The notes under the pieces are model-generated. The model ran no database searches. It saw only the letters and a list, made by a program, of their open reading frames with translations, and had not been told where the DNA came from. The position numbers and the translations under genes were made by a program. A stretch of 64,000 nucleotides of DNA. It comes from a virus. The stretch's first letter is position 1. Each line of letters begins with the position of its first letter. The DNA lies in the IMG/VR virus record IMGVR_UViG_3300013772_000006, positions 2,596-66,595 of that record; one strand, 5' to 3'. This document shows positions 1 through 10,465 of this stretch, one piece after another.

Positions 1-266
1 AGGGATACCCAGTCACCCCCCACCTTACGGTCAATACGGAAATCCAGGTGCTTACGGTAGCCCTGGAACCCGATAATATCGTCATCTTTAAAGTAGCGAT
101 CAGTTATGCCTTGCCACACGCCATATTGGGCGATCATATCCGCAAAGCTGGTCACACCGAATAAGTGGTCCCCCTTGGCAATCGGAAATACATGGACAAT
201 CCCTTCGCGCTTAGTCAGCGGCGGATTGTGGTGATCGACCGTGTAAAGGTTTATTCTTCCAGCCAT
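1..266 (-). CDS. DUF4422-like glycosyltransferase, N-terminal part (runs off window; not in ORF track)
   Basis: Manual translation from ATG 266: MAGRINLYTVDHH...SFADMIAQYGVWQ...DDIIGFQGYRKHLDF. This resembles the DUF4422 pattern (IYVxxH...ELTxxYWxWxN...DYIGxxHYRRYF). Start overlaps the end of the upstream dehydratase gene. Confidence 0.6.
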   Translation of the reverse strand, partial: MAGRINLYTVDHHNPPLTKREGIVHVFPIAKGDHLFGVTSFADMIAQYGVWQGITDRYFKDDDIIGFQGYRKHLDFRIDRKVGGDWVS

Positions 267-1264
267 TCGGGGTGCTTTCGGTTCCACTCTAGTGTATGTG
301 TCAAGGACTCGTCAAAAGAAACTGGTGGCTTCCATCCGAGGCTGGCAAGCTTAGCTCCAGCAAGCCCGTAATGCCGATCATGTCCTGGCCGGGCAGAGTG
401 AAAATCTTGTAGCTCATATCGCAGAGGCTTACCCAAAATTTTGGCGATTTTTTGAGCCAGTTCGAGATTGCTGAGTCGGGTGTCTCCAACGATATTAAAT
501 CGATCGGGACGATCCACTTCACCGTCAGTGTGACGATGTGGGGTGACATTTCGAAGGATGAAGAGAAGCGCATCAGCGAAGTTCCGGGAATGTATATAGT
601 AGCGCGAACCAATTGTTTTTTCGTTTCCATGGATCGTCACCGTTTCCCCTTTCAGGACTTTGCGTTGCACGATCGCGGCGAATTTCTTAGACTGCTGCAT
701 TTCACCAAAGGCATTCATAGTATTCGTAATAATCAGGGGAACGTTGTAGCTCCTCCAGTAGCTAATTGCCACGGCCTCCTGAGCTGCTTTAGAGGCAGCA
801 TAAGGGTTGGAGGGCAGGATGGTAGACCACTCAGGGTGCTCGTCGTGCCCGCCAGATGGCCCGTATACTTCGTCGGTGGAGATTTGAATGAAGACACTTG
901 GCCGGTACTGGCGCGCGTAGTCCAACATATTGATAACGAGCTGAACATTATTGAGGATGAAGGGTCCTGGATCTTCGATACTGGTTCCCACATCAGAGAG
1001 AGAAGCCATATTGATGATATAATCAATTGGATTAATACGACCGGAAAGCACAGAAGAAATAGGTGTCGAGAGGTCATGCGTGTAAACATAGGTTCGTGCC
1101 TTCCATTGGGGGTGTTCTCGGAAAATTTCGGTGATGCGATCGGTCCAGCCCTTATGCCGAAACGAGTCCAAGGCCACAACTTCCCAGTCGGTGTTCTTCA
1201 TCAGGTGCGCTAGTGTATGACATCCAATCGACCCGCCAGCACCGGACAAGAGAACTCGTTTCAT
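251..1264 (-). CDS. rmlB: dTDP-glucose 4,6-dehydratase-like NAD-dependent epimerase/dehydratase
   Basis: GAGGSIG Rossmann motif, STDEVYG, YAASK, RPGHDRHY. Likely start is ATG 1264 (MKRVLL), coupled to the upstream stop. Confidence 0.88.
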   Translation of the reverse strand: MKRVLLSGAGGSIGCHTLAHLMKNTDWEVVALDSFRHKGWTDRITEIFREHPQWKARTYVYTHDLSTPISSVLSGRINPIDYIINMASLSDVGTSIEDPGPFILNNVQLVINMLDYARQYRPSVFIQISTDEVYGPSGGHDEHPEWSTILPSNPYAASKAAQEAVAISYWRSYNVPLIITNTMNAFGEMQQSKKFAAIVQRKVLKGETVTIHGNEKTIGSRYYIHSRNFADALLFILRNVTPHRHTDGEVDRPDRFNIVGDTRLSNLELAQKIAKILGKPLRYELQDFHSARPGHDRHYGLAGAKLASLGWKPPVSFDESLTHTLEWNRKHPEWLEE

Positions 1265-1926
1265 TTGTAATTCTCCAGCATACTCGAATTGTGTCCAGCA
1301 CCATACCAGCGAATAGGTAAAATGCCTCTCGCCTCTACCATAGCCCAATAATTCACGTCCCACAAGACGTGGCCGGTTTTCACCAGGTGCTGTAACATTG
1401 CTGTCCGTACCTCGTCATGAAGTGCGGCAACCTGTGCTGCCGGGCACACAAACATGGACCCAAGAAATCTCCAACAGGGTTCAGTTTCTGGCACAGGGGC
1501 TGGTCCCCATAAGCCCGGAAAAGCGAGATCATCTGGTCGCACCCGATTAAAGAAATCGGCTACGAGTTCTTCTGTAAACCCTTCCTGATGAAAGATCCCG
1601 TAGTCCATCCACACATATGTATCTGCTGGTTCATCCTGTAACCGCGCCATCTGTAGCCACTTCGTCTTCTGGGCAAGCACCACCATGTAGTCGAGCGTAT
1701 CCTTAGCTGGGTTACCTTGGGCGGATAGGGGGACGGTCGGACCCAGACCATTTTGATCGTGCACATGGTTATATAGCCAACACTTGTCCAGCGGCCACTC
1801 GGCAAAGACCGACTTCTCGACCGGGGCCTGGAGTAACCGGTTGCTGTAATTCGTGAAATCCTCCCGCGAGCGATAGAACTCGGCGGACGGTAGATGGACA
1901 TGACCAGTGACTAGTCGTACCTTCAT
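1261..1926 (-). CDS. HtrL/YibB (WlaTC)-like putative glycosyltransferase
   Basis: YVWMDYGIFH and WRFLGSMF motifs; ATGA-coupled within the sugar cluster. Confidence 0.55.
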   Translation of the reverse strand: MKVRLVTGHVHLPSAEFYRSREDFTNYSNRLLQAPVEKSVFAEWPLDKCWLYNHVHDQNGLGPTVPLSAQGNPAKDTLDYMVVLAQKTKWLQMARLQDEPADTYVWMDYGIFHQEGFTEELVADFFNRVRPDDLAFPGLWGPAPVPETEPCWRFLGSMFVCPAAQVAALHDEVRTAMLQHLVKTGHVLWDVNYWAMVEARGILPIRWYGAGHNSSMLENYK

Positions 1927-2615
1927 ATCTCTTTCCGAAATAACAGGTTCATGAACGTATACTCCAGTCCAGCCCAGGCGATAATTTTTTCCTCACACCT
2001 AGTATCCACACTCCCGCTGTCCACTCTTAGCCCGACCACGGATGCCACGTCAATGACGCGCAGGACGTCTTGGCATGAGAATATGTGGAGTGGTGCATCA
2101 TGAGTTATTAAACCGAGCGTGTCAAGCTTGTCTACCCAATAATCAAAGGACACAAACAAATGGCCACCAGGCTTCAAGATGCGCGCCACTTCCGTCAAAA
2201 ATACCGGTACATCCACTCCGTGTTCAATCACGCTTAAGCAGGAAATAAACTGGAATATGTCATTCGGAAACGGTGTGCTGGTGATATCCCCATAAGCGTA
2301 GCGAATGCCATCGCGTACCCCGGCCTTATAGTCGTCATTACGGTCAAGATTGATCCCGATTAGGTTATGAAAGCCCTGAACCCGAAGACCAGGAAGGTAC
2401 GCGGACTCATCGCCGGCACCAGCATCTAAAATCGGCTCACTGAACGAACAGCGGCGCCGTGTGTGGTGCACCGCGAGAAAGCTATCCCAATTCTTATTAT
2501 TATCAGGATGAAGGGGTAACTCTTTGGGGCGCATAAAATTACATGCGATCTCCACGTCGTCTTGACGTGTGAGGGCCTTATTTGTCTGGGAGTCGACCCA
2601 TTCATTTTCGGTCAT
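1923..2615 (-). CDS. Class I SAM-dependent methyltransferase
   Basis: ILDAGAG motif I, GDI, SCLSVIEH, RILKPGGHL. Likely start ATG 2615 overlaps the upstream TGA. Confidence 0.85.
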   Translation of the reverse strand: MTENEWVDSQTNKALTRQDDVEIACNFMRPKELPLHPDNNKNWDSFLAVHHTRRRCSFSEPILDAGAGDESAYLPGLRVQGFHNLIGINLDRNDDYKAGVRDGIRYAYGDITSTPFPNDIFQFISCLSVIEHGVDVPVFLTEVARILKPGGHLFVSFDYWVDKLDTLGLITHDAPLHIFSCQDVLRVIDVASVVGLRVDSGSVDTRCEEKIIAWAGLEYTFMNLLFRKEI

Positions 2616-4582
2616 AGGAACATACTCATTACGTCGAGCTTGCTCACCGTTGCAAGCCACGCTTCGCAGTCCTTGATACCATAGGAGATCACCAGCTTTT
2701 CCTTTGATGGATGCCACGCCAGCCCAGCCGCGAATTCGATCTGCCGATCATGGAGAACGAATGCCTTACTGATCTGGCGTAGCACCTTGGTAATGTCCCA
2801 CCATACAAATCGATGTTGGTAGTACCGCCGATTGTCACCCGGGCGCAACTTGGACTCGTGTACGATCGCAAGCCAGCCACCATTGAATTCAATCACCTGG
2901 GAGCCACCACTGAGGGCCTCCACTGCAAAGGGGACCGGGGAGGGTGTTTTAACGCCGTGGCTGTTAATCAGGGTGTCCAACCGGTACACGAAGTCCAACT
3001 TGTCACCTTGTACCCACGGCATCCAATTCTTTTCGTGGGTGGGGGTCCTCTGTATCGGGCGAGCATTGATCAAGCTACCCTCATGGATGTGAGCCGTCCA
3101 CTGTTCGCACCACCCGTCCGGATTTTGTTCGCGCACATTAGCAGAAATCCATGTGCCGCCTAGCCACCCGAACAGCCGCATATCTTCAAACCCAATCACC
3201 AAAGGGTAGGTCGGGGGAGGCATATTCGGGGGGGACAAGAGTTCTTCCATGTGTGTTACGCGCAACTCTGAGCTAAGCGCAAGTAAATAGTTGCGCGTAC
3301 GAATTGGGTTGCTGTTGTTGGCCGGACTGTTGATGTCTATCCCTTTAATTAGATAGCGGCCCTCTTCATCCATAGTGTAGTTTACAGAACGGACCACGAC
3401 ATGCAACAGGCCATCAAGATTTGCAACCGATGGGTTCGTGGCAATATAGCCGTCCCTGGGCGTGAAATCAATCCGCTTCGCCTCAAACGACGGGCAGAGC
3501 TCTTTCAAGGGCTGCAGGTAGTAGTAGAGATTACTCCGGGCCATTTCCCGGGATCCCGGATAACATTTGGGGTCGATCGCCAGATCGCTACAGACACTAT
3601 AACCGCGGTTGCGATAAGAAGGGTGATAGAAAGCACAAATAGCAAACTCTTCTCGGAGGGCTGTTGCATATACATGATCCGTTACAAAGAGGACATCGGT
3701 TGGGTAGGGGATCTTCATCCCCTCTACGGAGTACAGGAGACTGGTTTTCTGCTGATCGTGTTCGCGGTAGTGTTTGGCGAGGTCATACAGGGGTTCGGCG
3801 CGGGTCGGGCGAAAGTTATACGCATTCAGCAATTCGCGTATAAATCCATCCGTGTCATCTACTGCATTGAGACAATGGGCATAATTAAGACGAGCACTCC
3901 AAACCTCTTCATCCCACCCACCGCTGTTTATACGATTTTTGTACCACTCCGCGGCCTTGTTTGGTTGCCCGGCATCGCGATAAGACTGCGCCAGATAGTA
4001 CATATACCGGCCGTTCTCTGGCTCTTTTTTCAGTCCCGCCAGCAACATTTCAATGTCGCGAACGAATTTATCCTTACGATTTGACCCGTCGGCATGGTCA
4101 ACGAACGACACACCCTCTAGGTGGGTGCCGCCGCCTATGTCAAGGTATTCATGGGTTACGCCGATATAGTTACCCTTCTGGTCGCGACGGATTAGTCGTC
4201 GGTTATAATAGGATGTTCCGCCAGCAGTCTGGACGATATCATATGCGATATCAGTGAGATTGTCGAAAGCCTTGGGGTCGGTTACCGTAAGGACCATATC
4301 AGCGTCGCAAAGCAAAATATAGTTAAAGCTATGAGTACAAATACGTGCCAATTTGAGCGCGTCGTTTCGGGCTTGTTCAAAGTTCGTAAAGTGTCCTTGC
4401 TCGACAACGCCGGGTATCTTCTTCTCCGCGAAGTAAGCAGTGATGATTTTTTGCGTGCCATCTGATGATCCTGTGTCCAAAACGGCGTACGACGATATCC
4501 ACGGTGCAACACTTTCAAGGCACCGAACAATTTTGTCAGCCTCATTCTTAACGATCATATTTAACATTAACTTAACCGGCAT
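2612..4582 (-). CDS. GT2 glycosyltransferase with TPR repeats and C-terminal beta-propeller/GH-like domain
   Basis: LNMIVKNE, DTGSSDGT, NFEQARN, DAD (DxD), GVTHEY; TPR segment YMYYLAQSYRD...PTRAEPLY; C-terminal GFEDMRLF / EKNWMP / IEFAAGL. Confidence 0.85.
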   Translation of the reverse strand: MPVKLMLNMIVKNEADKIVRCLESVAPWISSYAVLDTGSSDGTQKIITAYFAEKKIPGVVEQGHFTNFEQARNDALKLARICTHSFNYILLCDADMVLTVTDPKAFDNLTDIAYDIVQTAGGTSYYNRRLIRRDQKGNYIGVTHEYLDIGGGTHLEGVSFVDHADGSNRKDKFVRDIEMLLAGLKKEPENGRYMYYLAQSYRDAGQPNKAAEWYKNRINSGGWDEEVWSARLNYAHCLNAVDDTDGFIRELLNAYNFRPTRAEPLYDLAKHYREHDQQKTSLLYSVEGMKIPYPTDVLFVTDHVYATALREEFAICAFYHPSYRNRGYSVCSDLAIDPKCYPGSREMARSNLYYYLQPLKELCPSFEAKRIDFTPRDGYIATNPSVANLDGLLHVVVRSVNYTMDEEGRYLIKGIDINSPANNSNPIRTRNYLLALSSELRVTHMEELLSPPNMPPPTYPLVIGFEDMRLFGWLGGTWISANVREQNPDGWCEQWTAHIHEGSLINARPIQRTPTHEKNWMPWVQGDKLDFVYRLDTLINSHGVKTPSPVPFAVEALSGGSQVIEFNGGWLAIVHESKLRPGDNRRYYQHRFVWWDITKVLRQISKAFVLHDRQIEFAAGLAWHPSKEKLVISYGIKDCEAWLATVSKLDVMSMFL

Positions 4583-4958
4583 TATGGTACTCCAAGTAAT
4601 CAGCAAGTGCCCGTAATATAGCGGGACTATCTTTTGCCATACCTAATGCAACATTGCATTTATGACATAGAATACCACGTAATTTACCGGTTATATGATT
4701 ATGATCTGTGTTCCAGTTTTTTGCCCCCGGCTCTCTAGTCCTACAAACCGCGCAACACGAACCCTGTACAACAAAACGGTCCTCCCACTCCACAAGAGAG
4801 GTCCCATGATTATATAAAAGATTATTATTTCTACGTTTGATCGGATGGTTTTTAACCCAATTACGGCAATCGCGCAAATGGGCATCAGGGTGACGGGCAC
4901 GCCACCGACGATTGGCAGTATTATGGGCGAGCCTACGTTGCTCTACAGAAGCAGCCAT
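4572..4958 (-). CDS. Endonuclease VII-type (His-Me) homing endonuclease
   Basis: QGSCCAVC...DHNHITGKLRGILCHKCNVALG. Confidence 0.85.
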   Translation of the reverse strand: MAASVEQRRLAHNTANRRWRARHPDAHLRDCRNWVKNHPIKRRNNNLLYNHGTSLVEWEDRFVVQGSCCAVCRTREPGAKNWNTDHNHITGKLRGILCHKCNVALGMAKDSPAILRALADYLEYHNAG

Positions 4959-4996
4959 GAAAAAGGCTTACCCGATCTGAATTACGATGTCAAGCC

Positions 4997-5776
4997 TCAG
5001 CCGCGGCTGATTTTTAGTGGGCCCACCATACCTACTAGTCCGGTGGAACCAGTAGTTCCACTAATGCCGACCGGATAGAACGTGCCGGTACTACCGGTCG
5101 CGCCACCTGTTGGTCCGGGCAGGAAGTAGGTCGAATAGATAGTCATGCCAGCGTTATACACCGCACCGGAAATGTGAGGGTCGCCGACCGGCGGCATGAA
5201 GAAGGCACCCGTCATTCCGACGTAGGCGGCGGCCACGGGGCCCGCCTTACCCGGAGGCCCTATAACACCCGTCGGGCCTGTTGGCCCCGCGGGACCTGCT
5301 TTACCAGTCACACCTTGAGGGAGTGCCGAAGCGGGACCAGTCGGGCCAGTGCCAGCAGTCGGGCCAGTAACGCCACCAGCACCGATAAAGCCTGGACCAA
5401 CCGGACCAGTATAGCCTGTTGAAATACCGTGTGGTCCAGTGGCACCTGCGCCGCCTGTTGCCCCAGTGGCGGCTGTTGGGCCGAGTGGGCCACCAGGACC
5501 GACAACACCTGGATCGTTCTGTCGGCCGGTAGGACCAACAAGCGCAATATTAGCCGGACCAGCAAGTACAGGACCGGTAGGACCAGCTACACCACCAACC
5601 AATAGAGTAGGACCGGTAGGGCCCACGCGACCAGTCGCGCCGCGGGCACCGTACATATCCGCGTCGTTGATCTGATCTACTACCTGTTTAAGGACAGTCG
5701 GTATCGAGTTATCGTCAAACGTATCCGGAAGTACCGGATCAGGTGCAATAGCGCCAGGTGGCGGAACAAAAACCAT
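4997..5776 (-). CDS. Collagen-like (Gly-X-Thr) virion fibre protein
   Basis: Interrupted GPT/GAT triplets; N-terminal FDDNSIPTVLKQVVD motif shared with the neighbouring gene. Confidence 0.75.
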   Translation of the reverse strand: MVFVPPPGAIAPDPVLPDTFDDNSIPTVLKQVVDQINDADMYGARGATGRVGPTGPTLLVGGVAGPTGPVLAGPANIALVGPTGRQNDPGVVGPGGPLGPTAATGATGGAGATGPHGISTGYTGPVGPGFIGAGGVTGPTAGTGPTGPASALPQGVTGKAGPAGPTGPTGVIGPPGKAGPVAAAYVGMTGAFFMPPVGDPHISGAVYNAGMTIYSTYFLPGPTGGATGSTGTFYPVGISGTTGSTGLVGMVGPLKISRG

Positions 5777-5794
5777 AGTCAAGCCCTCTCGTTA

Positions 5795-6394
<600 letters not shown>

Positions 6395-6427
6395 GGCTTT
6401 CGCCCCTTCACAGGTTAATTCTCATGA

Positions 6428-6459
6428 ACCCTACCGGACATTCGTTACTCTTTCCTTAA
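6428..6459 (-). promoter_or_regulatory. CtrA-box-type late promoter
   Basis: - strand TTAA-GGAAAGA-GTAAC-N10-TAGGGT, 50 nt upstream of ATG 6394. Confidence 0.7.
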
Positions 6460-6463
6460 GCAC

Positions 6464-7336
6464 TCACCAGGTTAATAAAGCGACCCGCTGCCAAGTGTTT
6501 GTAGCCGTGCATACGTAGATATAGTTCACATCCCAGCAAATCATGCCCTGCTTACCGGGAGCCGACGAACTTGCCGGGGTAATCATGGGTGCTCTCAGTG
6601 GGGCACCGCAAACAGAAAACTGGGTACTAAAAAAGTCTATTCCTAGAATAGACGGGCCCACACCAAAGAAATGAGCATTAATAGCCACGGTTGAGCCAGT
6701 AGCATCAGAGCGAAAACCATCCCAATAAGCCCCAAGCGCGCCAGCATTTTGGGTACGGTTTTGAACCGCGACATAATTTACAGCAGCGCAATCAAATCCG
6801 TTATCGATATTATGAATTTCCACTGGGTTCAAAAACACGCCATTCGCGCCAGCAAAACAATCACCGTTGAATAGCGTGACAGCCGGATTGGCCCAAAACA
6901 CGGACGCCCCCGGTAAAGTCGAATTCACAGTACCCGTTGCATTAAACGCAACACAATCACCTTGGCCACTGTTCTGAACATGAATACGGGAGAAACACGC
7001 AGCAGTGCGACCCGAACTACTGTTTGTACTGTTGTTCCAGCCGGACTCGTTCAAAAAGTACGCCGCAATAGCCGATGCTTCTGGTGTATAAATATATCCC
7101 GTAGTTGGTTCCCCGAGTGTAGCCGTACCAGAAATCGTGTATGAAATAGGAAAAGTGACTTTACTCAAGTCGCCAGCAAATGCCGTTCCGATCCCATTCC
7201 AATTTCCTAATGTAGCAGGTCGAGATGAAACAATCTCTACAATTGGTTTACCAGGAGGACCCCACGGGCCTGTCGGACCCACAATAGACTGCATGAGCTG
7301 CTGGTCGTTGGCAACTTGTTGAACCAAACTTGTCAT
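6464..7336 (-). CDS. Putative fibre/spike protein
   Basis: Short GPTGPWGPPG, beta-rich Gly/Asn/Thr body, C-terminal PASSSAPGKQGMICWDVNYIYVCTATNTWQR motif typical of phage fibres. Confidence 0.6.
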   Translation of the reverse strand: MTSLVQQVANDQQLMQSIVGPTGPWGPPGKPIVEIVSSRPATLGNWNGIGTAFAGDLSKVTFPISYTISGTATLGEPTTGYIYTPEASAIAAYFLNESGWNNSTNSSSGRTAACFSRIHVQNSGQGDCVAFNATGTVNSTLPGASVFWANPAVTLFNGDCFAGANGVFLNPVEIHNIDNGFDCAAVNYVAVQNRTQNAGALGAYWDGFRSDATGSTVAINAHFFGVGPSILGIDFFSTQFSVCGAPLRAPMITPASSSAPGKQGMICWDVNYIYVCTATNTWQRVALLTW

Positions 7337-7391
7337 ATATGATCAACTATTAAGCGGTTGACTAGATAATTTTCTCATTGTAAGCGGTGCA

Positions 7392-7604
7392 TTAACCGTA
7401 TCCGAAAACGGAATATCGGCCACGAAGATCCTCACCCGCTGTAGATATAGACGGAGCCGCAACGACAACCTTTTCCGTAGAAAACCGGGCAAAGTCCTGG
7501 TTCAATGTCGCAAAGGTATGCGTTGTGTCACCTGGCAGAACCACGTTCACTGTAGGAACAGGTGCCACACTACCTGGTGGCAAAATGAGAAGTGGGCGGC
7601 TCAT
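7392..7604 (-). CDS. Small hypothetical virion-module protein
   Basis: Translationally coupled to the portal stop (TAATG). Confidence 0.5.
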   Translation of the reverse strand: MSRPLLILPPGSVAPVPTVNVVLPGDTTHTFATLNQDFARFSTEKVVVAAPSISTAGEDLRGRYSVFGYG

Positions 7605-9847
7605 TATCCGACTCCACCTGTTACGGGCATGGCCCCTGAACCTGGTTGATTACCGACGACCGCGGTCTGCGGTCCCATTGAATTCGAAGTCTGCCCCGCC
7701 TGATTACCTTGGCCCTGCGCGGCTAGTTGCGCCATGCCGGGCTCCGTACCGATATGGACCGGCGGACCTTCGGGCAGGCGAGCCCGAGTGGCCAGTACGC
7801 CAGCCGTGAGTTCTGTAGCGATCCGTTGAACGCCCATACCAACGCCCTTCTGGATGCCTTCTTCGACCCGCTGCTCGAGGGCCTGCTGGTTCCCCTGTGT
7901 TTTGGCTTGATCCTCCTGTTTGACCATCTGGTCAATCTCTTGTTCGGACGGAATGATCTCTTCGCCATCTAACCCCACCACATTGGACACCGCACGAAGC
8001 AGGTTGGCACGGCCCTTGATGCCCATGATCTTCTGGTCGACCGGGTTCATCGTGTGCTGCAGCAACTCGATCTGGCGCTGGCGCATGGTTTCTTTCTGGA
8101 TCGCGACGTTGACACCTTGGACACTAACTTCTTCTTCACCGGTCAACAAGCCAGAGGTATCCGTCAGCAAGATCATATCAAACAATTGCAGAAGGGACTG
8201 CTCGAGAACCTCACGATCGATATTCGCGCTCACGGTTTGCAAGATCTTGGAGGCATTGCCCATCAGCATTGCCAGGCCCGAAGCGGTGCGCCCAGCACCA
8301 CCCCCAGCTTGACCACCAACGTACTTGGGAATTGCTGACACGTCGTCCGCAATATCGACAAACTTTTGGAAGACCGCCATCAACGGTTCGGCGTTCGACG
8401 TCGGCATGAAGAACTTGATCGGGTCGCCAGTGTTGGCGCCCATTGGGTTGTCTACGACGTGCCAGCGTTTCCATGCGTACAGATCCTCTCCATTCTCTTC
8501 TGGTGCTAGGCGGCTGTCGTTAACCACCACTTGAGGACCGGATGCGATCGACATGTTGTTAACCAACGAACGGAGAGTGGCATTGGCCACTTCTTGGAGG
8601 TCGGCCAATAGATCCGAGAGGCCGTTCCCAACAGGTGTACCTGGTACTTTTTCAAATGACGTAATGAAATAAGGGTGGCGCTGGCGAGGGCTAGGTGATA
8701 AATGAGCTTTGATGACGTGACTACCAACCACCCATGCTTGGATATTATAATCGCGGAGTTCATCGGGCACAGCCAAACCGTAGTCTTGGAGGGTACGCCC
8801 TTGGACATTGCCGTTGAACTCCATCATGCTGATCAAGCCGGAACGGTTCCAAGCTGGATTCTCCCGGCTTTCGAGCACCGCCCGTTCAGCATCTGTCATA
8901 TCCCAGTTATCATATAGCCCACCACGGCCGTACTCGTCAAGACACGCCCTAATCTCGTCATGGTTGTATCCGGGCAAGTCGAGAAGATCGTTGAGCTCCG
9001 CACGCGACAGGCGAAGCTTCTCAATCATATTGGCATTGGCTACGTCTGACACACCTGGGGTCCACCACAGATCAAACGGCGATACCCGGTTCCAGGTGAG
9101 GAGGGGGGTCTGCTGTATCGTTGGGGCACCACCACCGTCGGGCCAGGTGACCTTCGGCATAATCTTAACCACAGGGCCCTTGATGCAAGCAAACACGAAG
9201 ATCGGTAGATCAACCAGAAACTCCGCGAGGGCGTGGTAATATCCGCCATCCCGCAGCAGTTGTTCAATCTTGTCTTCTGAGTCCCGGGCCTGCTGGCTGG
9301 CCTTCTTTTTGGCCGCATCCTTGGCCGCCTCCAAGAGGGCGGTCTTGCGCTGTTCAAGCTGGTCCGGCGGGATTTGCTGGCCCTGCTGTTGCCCCATTTG
9401 GACCTCAGATTGAACCAATTTGTCCACGGATTGTAGGATATTTGGGGGTACCTTGGGGTCTTTCGGTGGGCGCAGGCCCCAAGCCTGGTCCTGGCCTAGG
9501 TAAATATCTCGCAGAAGAGAGCTTGCTGCCCGGCATTTTTGCGCCGTTATGCGTGCATAAACGGCACTCCCGCCAAACTTTTTTATTTCGGCTAGTTTGG
9601 ATGGGGAGTACTGACCATTGAACACCCGAAGGGCCTCGATCAGTCGATTGGACCACCCAGATTGGGTGTTTCTGTGGTTCCGGAAGATCTCGTACTGACC
9701 ACGAATATAGCTGGCCAAGGACGATATATCGGGTGCTGGCGGCGCGTTGGCCGTAGCTTTATCCTGCGCTCGCTGCTGAAGCTGTTGCTCGAGGGCGGCG
9801 GGGGGTATAACTTGAAGGACGCCTTCGGAACCTAATGATTGGGCCAT
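7604..9847 (-). CDS. Portal protein
   Basis: 747 aa; VSPFDLWWTP, RTASGLAMLM, NID motifs typical of podovirus portals; adjacent to terminase genes. Confidence 0.82.
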   Translation of the reverse strand: MAQSLGSEGVLQVIPPAALEQQLQQRAQDKATANAPPAPDISSLASYIRGQYEIFRNHRNTQSGWSNRLIEALRVFNGQYSPSKLAEIKKFGGSAVYARITAQKCRAASSLLRDIYLGQDQAWGLRPPKDPKVPPNILQSVDKLVQSEVQMGQQQGQQIPPDQLEQRKTALLEAAKDAAKKKASQQARDSEDKIEQLLRDGGYYHALAEFLVDLPIFVFACIKGPVVKIMPKVTWPDGGGAPTIQQTPLLTWNRVSPFDLWWTPGVSDVANANMIEKLRLSRAELNDLLDLPGYNHDEIRACLDEYGRGGLYDNWDMTDAERAVLESRENPAWNRSGLISMMEFNGNVQGRTLQDYGLAVPDELRDYNIQAWVVGSHVIKAHLSPSPRQRHPYFITSFEKVPGTPVGNGLSDLLADLQEVANATLRSLVNNMSIASGPQVVVNDSRLAPEENGEDLYAWKRWHVVDNPMGANTGDPIKFFMPTSNAEPLMAVFQKFVDIADDVSAIPKYVGGQAGGGAGRTASGLAMLMGNASKILQTVSANIDREVLEQSLLQLFDMILLTDTSGLLTGEEEVSVQGVNVAIQKETMRQRQIELLQHTMNPVDQKIMGIKGRANLLRAVSNVVGLDGEEIIPSEQEIDQMVKQEDQAKTQGNQQALEQRVEEGIQKGVGMGVQRIATELTAGVLATRARLPEGPPVHIGTEPGMAQLAAQGQGNQAGQTSNSMGPQTAVVGNQPGSGAMPVTGGVG

Positions 9848-9876
9848 GCTGCCTCGACTGGAAAACTCGCTTGACG

Positions 9877-9925
9877 ACGATACCGTCTAGATGCTAAGGA
9901 TTTCTTAACGTGTGTTCGGCATCAT
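9877..9925. promoter_or_regulatory. Bidirectional CtrA-box-type promoter between portal and terminase small subunit
   Basis: - strand TTAA-GAAATCC-TTAGC-N10-TATCGT; + strand CTAA-GGATTTC-TTAAC-N10-CATCAT ending 6 nt before ATG 9932. Confidence 0.65.
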
Positions 9926-9931
9926 AAACTC

Positions 9932-10465
9932 ATGAGTAAGAAGTCAAAAACGGTACCCGCAACCGTGATACTTCCGCCGTTGCCGGTCCACCTACCAGAG
10001 GGAATTAACCTCACCCCCACAGGGCTCGCGGCACTGGCGCGCGAGGTAGCCATCGATATTAAAGAACTGCCTGACATACTAAGGCTGTACAAACTCACGG
10101 AAAGCGAGTATAAGCGTATCTGTGAGCTACCGTTCTACTCGAAAGCCCTGGCAGCGGCCACGATCGAGTGGCAAAGTGCCGAGGGCACCCACACACGTAT
10201 AAAACTGGAAGCGGCGGCGATCATGGAAGATGCAATGCCAGGGTTAGCCGCTCGCATGAAGAGCCGCGACGAAGCCTTTCCAGCAGCAATAGAAGCGGGG
10301 AAACTGTTCGCGAAACTGGCCGGACTTGACACAGCGGCAAAAACAAGCGAAGGGGCGAGTGAAAAATTTGTAATCAAAATCGACCTCGGTGCCGACCGGC
10401 AACTGAAGTTCGAGAAGGATATTACACCTATCCTCCCCGTAATAGAACAAGAGCCCCAGAAATGA
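9932..10465 (+). CDS. Putative terminase small subunit
   Basis: 177 aa helical protein with N-terminal HTH-like segment and C-terminal FVIKIDLG strand; first gene of the terminase block. Confidence 0.6.
   Translation: MSKKSKTVPATVILPPLPVHLPEGINLTPTGLAALAREVAIDIKELPDILRLYKLTESEYKRICELPFYSKALAAATIEWQSAEGTHTRIKLEAAAIMEDAMPGLAARMKSRDEAFPAAIEAGKLFAKLAGLDTAAKTSEGASEKFVIKIDLGADRQLKFEKDITPILPVIEQEPQK

Noticed and set aside
452-1213. 253-aa + strand ORF
   Set aside because: Antisense shadow of the rmlB-like gene; no motifs.
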